Part shown: positions 34,478 through 43,892 of the stretch, piece after piece
Position numbering within the stretch: the stretch's first letter is position 1
How the letters are laid out: the number at the start of each line of letters is the position of its first letter
From: Candidatus Saccharimonadales bacterium
GTDB taxonomy: Bacteria > Patescibacteriota > Saccharimonadia > Saccharimonadales > UBA10212
Direction: 5' to 3'
NCBI GenBank assembly: GCA_035758565.1
Contig: DASTXL010000002.1
Span: 147,118 to 211,117, forward strand
DNA length: 64,000 nt
Notes under the pieces: model-generated
What the model saw: only the letters and a program-made list of their open reading frames with translations
Database searches by the model: none
Told to the model about the DNA's origin: nothing
Program-made: the position numbers and the translations under genes

Positions 34478-35631
34478 TCAGGGTCAAAAAACCCGCACTC
34501 ACTAGGTTTAATATCCGGAAACTAAGGGACGGGGCCAACTCTGCTCAAGTTAACGACCTTGTTAATTATATAAATCATCGCTCTGCTCCAAGCACTGTTA
34601 GGCTTACCGGGGGGGGTACATCAATCAATAAGCTCGCCAGCCTGTCTAAACTTGAGCCCTTTGTTATTTCTGTCCAAAGAGCGGACGATCTTAAGAAAAT
34701 TATTTTAAAGCTAAAAGAAGCCGGTTGCCAGAACGTTAACTGCGGCTATTTAAGCAATCAAAATCAGGGGTTAATCATTACCGGCACTCAAGCCTATCCC
34801 CCAAAAATAAAGACCGAAAAATCTGTGCTGGCTATTGTTTCGCTCCATAACGAGGCGGACATAATTGGACACACCGTAAGACACCTGCTAGAAGAGGGTG
34901 TAGACGTCCATGTTATCGATAACTGGTCGAACGACAACAGCCATAAGATTGTTCAAACTTTGGCTAAACGAAACCCAGGTAGAGTCAAAATAGAAATGTT
35001 TCCGAAAAAACGCGTAAAAAATTATGACTGGACAGGTATTTTATCGCGCGTTGAGCAAATTGCTTCTGAGTCAAGCTACGACTGGTATATCCATCATGAT
35101 TCTGACGAGATAAGGTTATCGCCGTGGCCAGGCACATCTTTACGACGAGCAATTTCTTATGTTGATAGCTTGGGCTATAACGCCATCGACTTCACTGTCT
35201 TGGATTTTAGGCCGACCCAAGATGGTTTTGGCGCCAAAGACGACCCAGAAAAATTCTTTAAATACTTTGAGTTTGGAAGTCGATCGGGACACTTTGTTCA
35301 GGTAAAAGGCTGGAAAAAACAGCCATCAATTAGTTTAGCTAACTCGGGAGGCCACGAGGCAGCTTTCGAAGGGCGCAAAATCTATCCTCTTAAATTTGTG
35401 CTCAAACATTATCCTCTGCGGAGCACTAATCAGGCCAGTAAAAAAATTTTTAAAGAACGTTTGCCAAGAATTCTCGAAGAAGAACGCCAAAAAGGCTGGC
35501 ACTTTCAGTATGACCACTTTAAGAAGGATCACGACTTCATCTGGGCTAAGGATGGACTAATAAAATTCGATGACAAGTTCTGGAGCAATTATTTGCTGCA
35601 AAGAATTAGTGGTATCGGGATTAAGGATTAG
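34462..35631 (+). CDS. glycosyltransferase family 2-like protein
   Basis: LAIVSLHNEADIIGHTVRHLLEEGVDVHVIDNWSNDNS and HHDSDE (DxD-like). GTG start overlapping the wzt end. Confidence 0.65.
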   Translation: MAAKLIRVKKPALTRFNIRKLRDGANSAQVNDLVNYINHRSAPSTVRLTGGGTSINKLASLSKLEPFVISVQRADDLKKIILKLKEAGCQNVNCGYLSNQNQGLIITGTQAYPPKIKTEKSVLAIVSLHNEADIIGHTVRHLLEEGVDVHVIDNWSNDNSHKIVQTLAKRNPGRVKIEMFPKKRVKNYDWTGILSRVEQIASESSYDWYIHHDSDEIRLSPWPGTSLRRAISYVDSLGYNAIDFTVLDFRPTQDGFGAKDDPEKFFKYFEFGSRSGHFVQVKGWKKQPSISLANSGGHEAAFEGRKIYPLKFVLKHYPLRSTNQASKKIFKERLPRILEEERQKGWHFQYDHFKKDHDFIWAKDGLIKFDDKFWSNYLLQRISGIGIKD

Positions 35632-36653
35632 CGGCTGCCCTTGATTCGACCGCGAGTCTGCTGAAGCTTGCGGGCATACTTAAAGGCTTTGGAGTGGGTA
35701 ATCTCGTTTAACCTTTGTTCTAAATCTTGATTGACAGCCATTAAATGAGAAATTTCTTCATATTGCTTGGCAGCTTCGACAGATAGTTTATCTAGCGCGT
35801 CAAGTGGACTGCTGGCCATGAATTTATCGTAGATTTCACTACCGGCGACTTTTCTTGGAGTGTCGAAGGGTTTAATTCCCATCTGGTCAGACACGTTGGA
35901 TTGAACCTCGAGAACATAGTTGTTGAAGTGAGCCTCGGCTAAAATAAGATTGGTGAGATTTAGGAAAATCCGCTCATATTTTTCGTAAACAAAGGCGGGA
36001 ACATACAAGTTCTCGGCAACTTCCATCAAATCGTATTTGTTGGCAAACATCACTACTAGGTTTTGGTAGCGACGCAGTAGGCTCCAAAAAAGCACTCGGC
36101 CCATCAATAAATCGGTAGGTACAGGAAAATCAAAACACCACTCGTAGTCGAATAAATTCCAGGAGCCACTAGCGTCGATAATAAAATTGTCGAAGTTTAG
36201 ATCCACCAGTCCGAGACTGGCGCATTTTTGGTTGGAGTCGTATGTCGGTCCAAAAACTTTTACGTAGTTTTTATTGATGGCGGGGTTAGCGGTAGTGCTT
36301 GGTAAAGATGAGATAATAGTTTCTATTTTTGCGAATAGATCGAGAACTGCTTTGTGATCTCCGGCTTTAAGGGCTTCAACCAGAAGTCTCTCAGGATTTG
36401 ACCCTTTTACATAGGAAGAATGGGCGCTGATGCCGACAATGAACGTTTCCACTATGGTTGCCGTCTTTTTCAGGTTTTTGACGTCGGCTAACCTATTATA
36501 GGTTTCAGCTAATTTTGCGATATGGGCGCAGGAAGCGTTATTGAGTGGTTGCTTCTGAGCCACCAGCTTACCCCCGGTCCTTTTTATGATAGTTTGGGTA
36601 GCGAATTTATCTTTGCGATCTCTCACGCTTACGCAAAAAATCGGCTGGCTCAT
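35628..36653 (-). CDS. protein-kinase-like fold phosphotransferase with C-terminal coiled coil (WbdD kinase-like)
   Basis: LVDLNFDNFII matches the catalytic-loop DxxxxN pattern. NLFDYEW matches the D-x-E metal site pattern. The C-terminus LDKLSVEAAKQYEEISHLMAVNQDLEQRLNEI is heptad-like and ends in a basic tail. Confidence 0.5.
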   Translation of the reverse strand: MSQPIFCVSVRDRKDKFATQTIIKRTGGKLVAQKQPLNNASCAHIAKLAETYNRLADVKNLKKTATIVETFIVGISAHSSYVKGSNPERLLVEALKAGDHKAVLDLFAKIETIISSLPSTTANPAINKNYVKVFGPTYDSNQKCASLGLVDLNFDNFIIDASGSWNLFDYEWCFDFPVPTDLLMGRVLFWSLLRRYQNLVVMFANKYDLMEVAENLYVPAFVYEKYERIFLNLTNLILAEAHFNNYVLEVQSNVSDQMGIKPFDTPRKVAGSEIYDKFMASSPLDALDKLSVEAAKQYEEISHLMAVNQDLEQRLNEITHSKAFKYARKLQQTRGRIKGSR

Positions 36654-37585
36654 TTTGCTACCACCAAAAAGGAATTAGCAAACTGGTCGAATAGCTGATT
36701 TTTTTCCAGGGAAAGCATAGCCATCTGTTCCGAAAAAAGTTGATGGCGTGAGGCATCGCGCTGCTGAACCGGTAATAAGCCAAGCGGGAATTCACAGTCT
36801 CGTCCTGGTAGGTATTGATCGCTATAGATAAGTAGCGGCAATTTATAATCTGGGAAAGGATAATAGAAATCTTGTTCTGAAAAACCGGCTGCACCAAAAA
36901 GACTACCAAGCTCGGCCTTGCCGAAGGTTTGCACAGCTTTATCGCCGGGATAGCCGTTCAGGCCCTCGAAAAATTTACCAGTGTGATCCTCGCGTGCGCC
37001 TGCCCAGTATTTGAGACCAAGCCGGTTTTCGATGGCTAAGATTATTTTGCCGGAAGGCTTGAGGCATCGTTTGAGCAGCTTGAGAAATTCGACATATGGA
37101 TCGCCCTTGTCGGTAATAAAACTTCCGGCATACTCTAAAACACCCACACAAACCACGTAATCAAAAAGCTCGGCTGGCTGATAATCCTCGAGATTGCCAA
37201 CCACAACATTCAGGGCAGATCCTTGGTTCCGGTAAGCGTTAATGAGCGATCTTTTTTCGGTGAGCTCTAGCGCTGTTAAATCAACATCCTGCCTTAAAAG
37301 CTCTTCTGTTATGGCGCCGCAGCCAGCCCCTACTTCCAAAACCTTTACATCTGGCTCAAATTCATACCAACCAATGATATTGCCGCGCTGAGGCGAAAGA
37401 TGATAATAAAGCGACCAAGGAGGATTGTTGGACAGAATCTCAAAACGCTGTTTGTTGGCGTCGTCAGACATAAAGAGTTCAAGCAGTTGGTCTTCTGCGT
37501 CGTCAGCATAGCTAGCGTTTGGCTCATCTGATAAATACGCGAGCTTAACGCGTCCAACTGAGTTAACTCGATCTCTTTTGGGCAT
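36650..37585 (-). CDS. class I SAM-dependent methyltransferase
   Basis: Motif I VLEVGAGCGAITEEL, with downstream FDYVVCVGVLEY. ATGA-type overlap with the kinase-like gene. Confidence 0.8.
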   Translation of the reverse strand: MPKRDRVNSVGRVKLAYLSDEPNASYADDAEDQLLELFMSDDANKQRFEILSNNPPWSLYYHLSPQRGNIIGWYEFEPDVKVLEVGAGCGAITEELLRQDVDLTALELTEKRSLINAYRNQGSALNVVVGNLEDYQPAELFDYVVCVGVLEYAGSFITDKGDPYVEFLKLLKRCLKPSGKIILAIENRLGLKYWAGAREDHTGKFFEGLNGYPGDKAVQTFGKAELGSLFGAAGFSEQDFYYPFPDYKLPLLIYSDQYLPGRDCEFPLGLLPVQQRDASRHQLFSEQMAMLSLEKNQLFDQFANSFLVVAK

Positions 37586-37611
37586 AATTATCCTTATATT
37601 AGCACGCCAGA

Positions 37612-40188
37612 CTAAGACCGCTGGCGGGCCAGCTCCTTTTTGTAACGCTCCGGCAAGTGGTCTTTATCCCAGCTATTAACTGCTTGGTCGGCGCGCAACC
37701 GATAAAATATTTCTTCATCTGTAAGTTGGTCGCTATTTGTGTACCACGGGAGGTGCCTTGCCGTGTAGGGATCGCCGGTTCTCAAGCTTGGGTGGATGCA
37801 GTAAATAAAGGTGCCGGGTTTATATAGTGCAAAAGTGGTGTCGACTCCGGCTTCGTAAACACCCTCTTGAACGGGTTTTGTCCAAAACTGCTTTTCCCAT
37901 GCAATCACGTCGCTCTTCAATCTGTAGTGATCTGGCAAATCATCGATCTTGAGCCCCAAGCCCACTTTAAGGTAATTAGGATAGAGGTTGTGGAGCTCAT
38001 ATAAATGGGGCAGAACGTTCTTGTTGGTGGCCGGTACTACATCCGGGTCACTGACTACGTAAAAATCCGTTGGCAGCAGCGTTTTAACAATGCCGTTTGT
38101 CCAGAGCGCCCGGTGGCCAGCGTTACGTCCGAGCTCTAGTACCTGATAGTTGGTTTTGTTTAAGAAATCAACGAGCGGGGGAAGGGTTGAGTCGTTATCG
38201 ACGAGCACAATTTTCTTTAGGCTCTGCTTGTTGAGCCAAGCTAGCAATTGCTTTAGGGGTTCCAGCCGATCGCGCGTCAAAATAAAAATTACGGTTTCTT
38301 CGGAATGGTCGCGAAGATAATTTAGTCGTGCCTGTCGTTCTTGTTGAATTTTCTCCATATTGAGCGCATAACGACTGCCAACTAACTCATTCCGTATATG
38401 AGTTAGCTCAATGGCTAGCCTCTGCCGGTTGATTGTTAGTACTGACAGAATTAGATTTTTCGTACGGGCCAGCTTGAGATAGGTAGTTATTTTTGGCGAA
38501 GCATACCACTTAATCAGTAAGCGAAGCTGGTAAAGCCTAAACTGAGCGAACTCTTTAAAGCGGGCTTGCGTAACATCAGGTCTTTCGCGACTCGCCAAAG
38601 CCTCGTGATAACGAGCGTTAAGAATGCCCAACAGTTCAATATCTGATCTGAGCGAATCGCTGTATGACGGCAAGGCGGCCTTGTTGACTCGCGTATTTAT
38701 AGAAGCTATTTTGCCAATCAGCGAGCCATAGCAAATCAAAGACCTCAGGTTATTGGCAAAGGCAGATCCTTTGAAAAATCCTCCAGCCTCAATAAACAGG
38801 CTGCGCCTAAATAGGATCAGCGGCAGGCATGGCACAGAAAGAGCTTCTTTGACGTTTACTGCTGTTTCGCTTTTGGAAAAGTAAGCGAGCCACTTGCCCC
38901 CGCGGAACATGCTATAAACAGCTTCGGCCAGATCGTTCTTGAGAGAGGTCACAGTGCCAACATTTGATTGATTGACAGAGACAACAAGCTCGTTCTTAGC
39001 GCAAATTACTCCCAGATTTTCTGACGGCACATCAAACACGCCGGCATTTTTGCATATTCGAAGTCTTTGATTTTTAGCAACAGCCTGACCAGCTTCGTTA
39101 GTTAGCTTACGGTCCGACAAAACCAAGAGCAATTCATCGTTATTTTCCATAGTCGAGGCGTAAGCGAGACAATTCTTTAAGCCCGATTTGGAATTGCAGG
39201 CCACGACAACGCTAAGCGGTTGTTGCTCCCTGACGATTAGCTGATTGTAGTTAGATGGGCCAAGTTCTTTTTTGAGTTTCCAACGTTCGTAAAAAGCTGC
39301 AGAACCCCGAAAAACATTATAGTAAAACGCTTTGGCGTAGGCTCTTCTTATGTAACGCTCTTCGTCTTGTAGCGGTAATTTAACGGTGCAAATTAGGCCA
39401 AGCTTTAGGTAAAACAGCAGAAACCGCCGGAGAGACCAACTATCAAAGTTGCGAACGGCAAACCGAAAACGGTTGCGCATCATCATGTAATAGGCGAAAG
39501 TTGAACCCTTGCGGTTAGAGCTCTTGGCATTGGCATGCCAAATAGCCAGCTCGGGGTGATAAATAATTTTAAAACCGGCGCGTTTCATGCGGGCGAATAA
39601 GTCGGACTCTTCGAAATAGGCAAAAAAAGGATTGTGCAAGTAGCCTACCTGCTCAACAACTGAACGACGGACCATGACGCAGGAGCCGGAAACGTTGTTC
39701 ACTTCTTGAGGATAACCATGATCTGATTGAGTGAAAATTCCATCGGCGGTCGTAGGGTTAATGTTCTGGTAGGCGTAAAATTTATTAGTCGTACCAAACA
39801 ACGGATTATCGTCATCCCAATGGTAGGCGCGGCCACCGATAGCGCCGACCTGATCGTGCCCGATCATGTAGTCTACCGCCTTTTGCACGTATTCGTTATC
39901 CATGACAGCGTCGTTATTTAAGAGTAGAATAAACTGCCCGCTAGCGGCGTTATAGCCGGCAATGTGCCCGCCGGTAAAGCCTAGGTTGGTTGGATTTTCG
40001 ACCAAAACAATGTCGTTAATTTTGCGTAGAGTATCAACTGAGCCGTCGGCAGAACCGTTGTCCACAACGACCAGCTCGATGTTTTTGTAAGTCTGCTTGC
40101 GGGTATTCTCGAGGCAGGCAATAGTGTCGTCAATACCATTCCAGTTAACAATAACGATTGAGACCAGCGGCTGTTTGCTTGAGATCAT
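37612..40188 (-). CDS. large multidomain glycosyltransferase (N-terminal GT2, central region, C-terminal second GT-A-like domain)
   Basis: N-terminus VSIVIVNWNG...VVVDNGSADGS...GFTGGH...LLNNDA. C-terminus VIFILTRDRLEPLKQLLAWL...VLVDNDS. Confidence 0.8.
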   Translation of the reverse strand: MISSKQPLVSIVIVNWNGIDDTIACLENTRKQTYKNIELVVVDNGSADGSVDTLRKINDIVLVENPTNLGFTGGHIAGYNAASGQFILLLNNDAVMDNEYVQKAVDYMIGHDQVGAIGGRAYHWDDDNPLFGTTNKFYAYQNINPTTADGIFTQSDHGYPQEVNNVSGSCVMVRRSVVEQVGYLHNPFFAYFEESDLFARMKRAGFKIIYHPELAIWHANAKSSNRKGSTFAYYMMMRNRFRFAVRNFDSWSLRRFLLFYLKLGLICTVKLPLQDEERYIRRAYAKAFYYNVFRGSAAFYERWKLKKELGPSNYNQLIVREQQPLSVVVACNSKSGLKNCLAYASTMENNDELLLVLSDRKLTNEAGQAVAKNQRLRICKNAGVFDVPSENLGVICAKNELVVSVNQSNVGTVTSLKNDLAEAVYSMFRGGKWLAYFSKSETAVNVKEALSVPCLPLILFRRSLFIEAGGFFKGSAFANNLRSLICYGSLIGKIASINTRVNKAALPSYSDSLRSDIELLGILNARYHEALASRERPDVTQARFKEFAQFRLYQLRLLIKWYASPKITTYLKLARTKNLILSVLTINRQRLAIELTHIRNELVGSRYALNMEKIQQERQARLNYLRDHSEETVIFILTRDRLEPLKQLLAWLNKQSLKKIVLVDNDSTLPPLVDFLNKTNYQVLELGRNAGHRALWTNGIVKTLLPTDFYVVSDPDVVPATNKNVLPHLYELHNLYPNYLKVGLGLKIDDLPDHYRLKSDVIAWEKQFWTKPVQEGVYEAGVDTTFALYKPGTFIYCIHPSLRTGDPYTARHLPWYTNSDQLTDEEIFYRLRADQAVNSWDKDHLPERYKKELARQRS

Positions 40189-41537
40189 TACTTTAAGTGG
40201 TTCCTGGTTTTTATCAAGGCCTTTTTAACAGATAGCGGCAGAACTTTTTTGGCTACCTGGGTTGCCTTGTTGGACTTTTTTAACTTTGGGGCCATTTGTA
40301 ATCGGTCCAATTTTCCGGGCCGATTAACCAATAAATTGCTAAGACCAGCAAGTGTAACCGACCAATCTAAATTGCGCCGTTCAGTCTTGATGCTAGCTTT
40401 AACCTCTTTAAGGATCTTAGGCTCCAGGATATCTAAAATGGCTTTTTCGAGAGCCGCTTCATCATTGGGCGGCACCACAAAGCCCAGTTTTTTAGGTGCG
40501 ATAATTTCGTCAGATAGATAATCACCCTCGGTCGAAATAGTTGGAAGGTCGGCAAGCAAATGGTCTAGCACCCTAGTCCGGTGCGAAAACTCGGTTTCTA
40601 TCGAAGCTCTATGAGTATTAACCGCCACGTCTGCTTCGAGCAAATAATCTATTCGCTCACCATACTTAACCCAACCTTTATTGAAAAAAACATTTTTGCC
40701 GACCAGGCCTAATTCGGTAGCCAAGCGCTGAGTTTCGAGTGACTCTTTGGTTTCTTTGACACTGGGGTTAGGGTGTTTGATGCCAAAAAATACTAACTTG
40801 ATGTCCGGCCGCTTGTTTTCGAGGCTTTTCATAGCTCTAATTAACACTTGGGCGTCAAAGTGTCCCCAAATGCCGCCCGTCCAAAGCAAGACTTTGTCGG
40901 TCTTAGAAATACCATTCATCACGCCCTTAATGACCGGGCGAGTACTTTTTATTGATACGCCGGTGTCGATGCCCATGGGGGCGCTTATAAAGCGGTCATA
41001 AATCGGACGGGAGCTGTAGTTCGCTAGATGAACCTGATCGGCACCAAAAACGTATCCTGTCCAATAATCTAGTTGGCGTCGGTTAGAGAATAAGAAAAGA
41101 TCTCCATTAGCAAAAAAATGGCGGTACATAGCAAGCGACTGGTCAAATTGTTCGTCATTTTGCGACCAGCTTTCTGGGTCATTGAAAAGGCTTGAAACTA
41201 AATTCTCGACTGGACCCACAACGTATAGATCAAAAACTATAAAAATCTGGTGTTGGTTGCAGTAGCTAATCATTGGCTCGCTTAACCAGTGCGCAATGAC
41301 TACGCCAAAATCCTTAAAAGAAGTCTCAAATAGACGTGCGTCTATACTCGCGACATCATAAGATCGTTTAAATCCAGCTTCTGGAACGTAGGAGGGGTCA
41401 AAGAATCCGACAGTTACGTCAAATTGGGTCGATAACTGTTCGGCCATGTAGTGGTAGCGGATGCCAGGGCCCGCCATGCTAGCGCCAACTTTGTCATGCG
41501 AAATAACTAAGACTTTAGGACGGCCTGAACTTCTCAT
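40188..41537 (-). CDS. glycosyltransferase, GT-B (GT4-like)
   Basis: 449 aa with Rossmann-like halves. The call rests mainly on context and the overall pattern (PKVLVISHDKVGASMAGPGIRY). Confidence 0.55.
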   Translation of the reverse strand: MRSSGRPKVLVISHDKVGASMAGPGIRYHYMAEQLSTQFDVTVGFFDPSYVPEAGFKRSYDVASIDARLFETSFKDFGVVIAHWLSEPMISYCNQHQIFIVFDLYVVGPVENLVSSLFNDPESWSQNDEQFDQSLAMYRHFFANGDLFLFSNRRQLDYWTGYVFGADQVHLANYSSRPIYDRFISAPMGIDTGVSIKSTRPVIKGVMNGISKTDKVLLWTGGIWGHFDAQVLIRAMKSLENKRPDIKLVFFGIKHPNPSVKETKESLETQRLATELGLVGKNVFFNKGWVKYGERIDYLLEADVAVNTHRASIETEFSHRTRVLDHLLADLPTISTEGDYLSDEIIAPKKLGFVVPPNDEAALEKAILDILEPKILKEVKASIKTERRNLDWSVTLAGLSNLLVNRPGKLDRLQMAPKLKKSNKATQVAKKVLPLSVKKALIKTRNHLK

Positions 41538-41565
41538 TCAACCTACATTGTATCAGTTAAGTAAG

Positions 41566-43224
41566 CTAGCTGCAGGTGAAAAGGGAGCCGGAGCGAGTCG
41601 GCATGGCACCTGAACTAATCGGGTAGCCATCGCTCAAGCTGTAGTGCAGGCGGTAGGCAAAGCATTCCCAAGGGCCGAATGGCCGCTTGATTACACCATT
41701 GGCGTCATAGTCGGCTACGTAGATGCCGTCGGGCGCTAACAGTATGGTTCCTTGAGCAATGTCAACATTGGTGCCGTTAGGCAAGGCAACGTCTGCGGAT
41801 GTAGCGGATTTGACTTTACCCCAATCAAACCGGTTGGTATTAAAGGCGTTTGGTCCATAAACGTATCGCTTTACCAACTGGCCACCTTGCATATCAAGTA
41901 AGTAGGTTCGTCCGTTTGACCAGTCAACTACTAGCGTGCCGGCTGGGTGGGCGCTGGCGAATAGAATATTGCTGGCCGTTGCAGTTGGCATTTCGCCCGG
42001 CGGAACGTAAGTGACTTGATCCCAGCTATAGCCAAGCGCGTTAAAAGCGGCTAAAGAAATCTCTTGTTTTACAAGCGAGCCCGATTGATAAGTCATTATG
42101 TAGGTCGGTGTGTTGGTAGATCTGAAGATTGTGCCTGGCGCCAGAGTTGAAATGTTTGCACCGGCAGGCAAGTTAGCGTCACCAATACTTGCCGGTTTGA
42201 TCAAACTCCAACCACCCCAGCCATAGTAGCTTTGGAAGACATCACCGTTGGTAATCCACTGGCGGGTATTGTTGCTTATTAAATACACTTTGCCGCCGCT
42301 GGCTACGAGTGTGCCGTTGGGGTGTGCCGTAAAGGTGTCGGTTGCCGAAACGCTGCCGAATCCAAGATAGCCATCACTGATAGCACCTTGGAAAATATTA
42401 TCGAAACTGAGGTTGCCAGAAATAAACGGAGTGTAATAGTAGAGACTGGCGGTGGTGCCATTAGTTATGGTGACGCTGGTGCCGTCGGAAGTAGTGTAAG
42501 AGCCGTCGTAGTAGATGGTGCTTCCGCCGGCTACTCTTTGTCTATAGCCTTGCGTCATAGGGCCGGAATAGGTGAAGTTTTGGTCACCGGTTTCGTAACC
42601 CTTATATCCGGTCAGATTGCCGTACGCTCGCTGCTCACCAAATCTTAACAACCAGGTTCCGAGCGTAAGCTGCATGCTAAAACCTTCGTCGGCCACAGAG
42701 CAGTAATTAGGACAGCCATAGCTCATGGCAATGTTCATACAGCCGCCAGAATAGGGGCAAGCAATGGTGCAAGGAGTCTTAGCCGTGCCACAAGGGCTAT
42801 TTGCTGCCGTTGCGGGATCTGGACTGTTGCTATGGCAACCTACGCCGCCGGTAACAATGCTTTGCTCCTTTTGAAGAGTGGTCAGTATTACTTGGGGATT
42901 GATGTTATAGTTTACAGCCACGTCGTGGACGGCCTGGCCGCCCGAAACACTCGAACCAAATAAGTATTTATTCTGGGCATCCGACCAGCCTTGGGGGTCG
43001 GCGGTGGTGAAGCCAGTGCTAGGAGTTATGCAGCCGCTGGCAAAGTTAGAATTTAGCCAGGAATCAATACTGCCGGCAGACATTGTGCCGGTGTTCTCAA
43101 AAGTAAAGTCATCCATTAAGTTGTTTGGATTAAACGGCGTAGCCGCGCTGACCCGAGGTGTTAACGGTGCTAACAAGCCAACGACTAAGACTAAAACTAA
43201 TAGCGCGCTAAATATTTTTTTCAT
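41566..43224 (-). CDS. secreted Cys-rich protein with C-terminal approx 60-70-aa repeats (possible wall-associated/glycan-binding protein)
   Basis: Signal peptide MKKIFSALLVLVLVVGLLAPLTPRVSA. N-region QVILTTLQKEQSIV resembles muramidase/glucosaminidase-family starts. Repeated G-T-L-V...Y-L...LP-G-N modules. Confidence 0.45.
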   Translation of the reverse strand: MKKIFSALLVLVLVVGLLAPLTPRVSAATPFNPNNLMDDFTFENTGTMSAGSIDSWLNSNFASGCITPSTGFTTADPQGWSDAQNKYLFGSSVSGGQAVHDVAVNYNINPQVILTTLQKEQSIVTGGVGCHSNSPDPATAANSPCGTAKTPCTIACPYSGGCMNIAMSYGCPNYCSVADEGFSMQLTLGTWLLRFGEQRAYGNLTGYKGYETGDQNFTYSGPMTQGYRQRVAGGSTIYYDGSYTTSDGTSVTITNGTTASLYYYTPFISGNLSFDNIFQGAISDGYLGFGSVSATDTFTAHPNGTLVASGGKVYLISNNTRQWITNGDVFQSYYGWGGWSLIKPASIGDANLPAGANISTLAPGTIFRSTNTPTYIMTYQSGSLVKQEISLAAFNALGYSWDQVTYVPPGEMPTATASNILFASAHPAGTLVVDWSNGRTYLLDMQGGQLVKRYVYGPNAFNTNRFDWGKVKSATSADVALPNGTNVDIAQGTILLAPDGIYVADYDANGVIKRPFGPWECFAYRLHYSLSDGYPISSGAMPTRSGSLFTCS

Positions 43225-43826
43225 GGCTGAATATCCATAACTCGACTGTCGGTAGTGGTCTTAGTTTGCCCGTTGAGACTGGCAACAGCAGAAACCGTCC
43301 AGTTTCCAGTAGTAAAACCGGCTGTTTTGACATCCCAATTCCAGGTTACGGAGCCGGTACTGTCGGCTGTCAGCTCGTCTAATTTCTTAACTACGTTGCC
43401 CTGAGTAAATTCTATATAACAGGTTGCACCCGGAACGGTGTTGCAGATAGATTGCTCCTGGCTGGGTGCCGGCGTGCCGCTAAGGTTAGGAATATGGTTG
43501 CTGACAAATGTGCCACTCGGACCCTCAGTTAACGAGCCAGTAGTGCTTGAGCTTGCCGGCACGGGCAAGGATTTCGGAGAGCTGTTATACGAATTTTGAG
43601 CAGTAGTGGTATCAGGGTGGGCGCTGGCGGTATTGGGTCTGGCGTTGGGAGATGTTGAAGCAATAACGCCACTAGTGGCTTTGGGCTGATGGTAATGCAG
43701 CGCAAGAGTCACTCCGCCAATTATTAGCACCGCCACAATAGCGCCGGCGGCGTAAAATCGTTTAAGCTGGTTAGTTTTTAGCTTGCGGGCGGTTAAGCGT
43801 TGCATATTTATTTTGGCTTTCAACAC
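43221..43826 (-). CDS. hypothetical membrane-anchored exported protein
   Basis: 201 aa. TM AAGAIVAVLIIGGVTLAL, then a Ser/Thr/Pro-rich linker and a small beta-rich domain. Confidence 0.5.
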   Translation of the reverse strand: MLKAKINMQRLTARKLKTNQLKRFYAAGAIVAVLIIGGVTLALHYHQPKATSGVIASTSPNARPNTASAHPDTTTAQNSYNSSPKSLPVPASSSTTGSLTEGPSGTFVSNHIPNLSGTPAPSQEQSICNTVPGATCYIEFTQGNVVKKLDELTADSTGSVTWNWDVKTAGFTTGNWTVSAVASLNGQTKTTTDSRVMDIQP

Positions 43827-43892
43827 TTAAAGTATAGCATTTTGAAGTCGAGCTGTAAAAACATAAGTCCCAACCGTATACTTAAAACAAAT

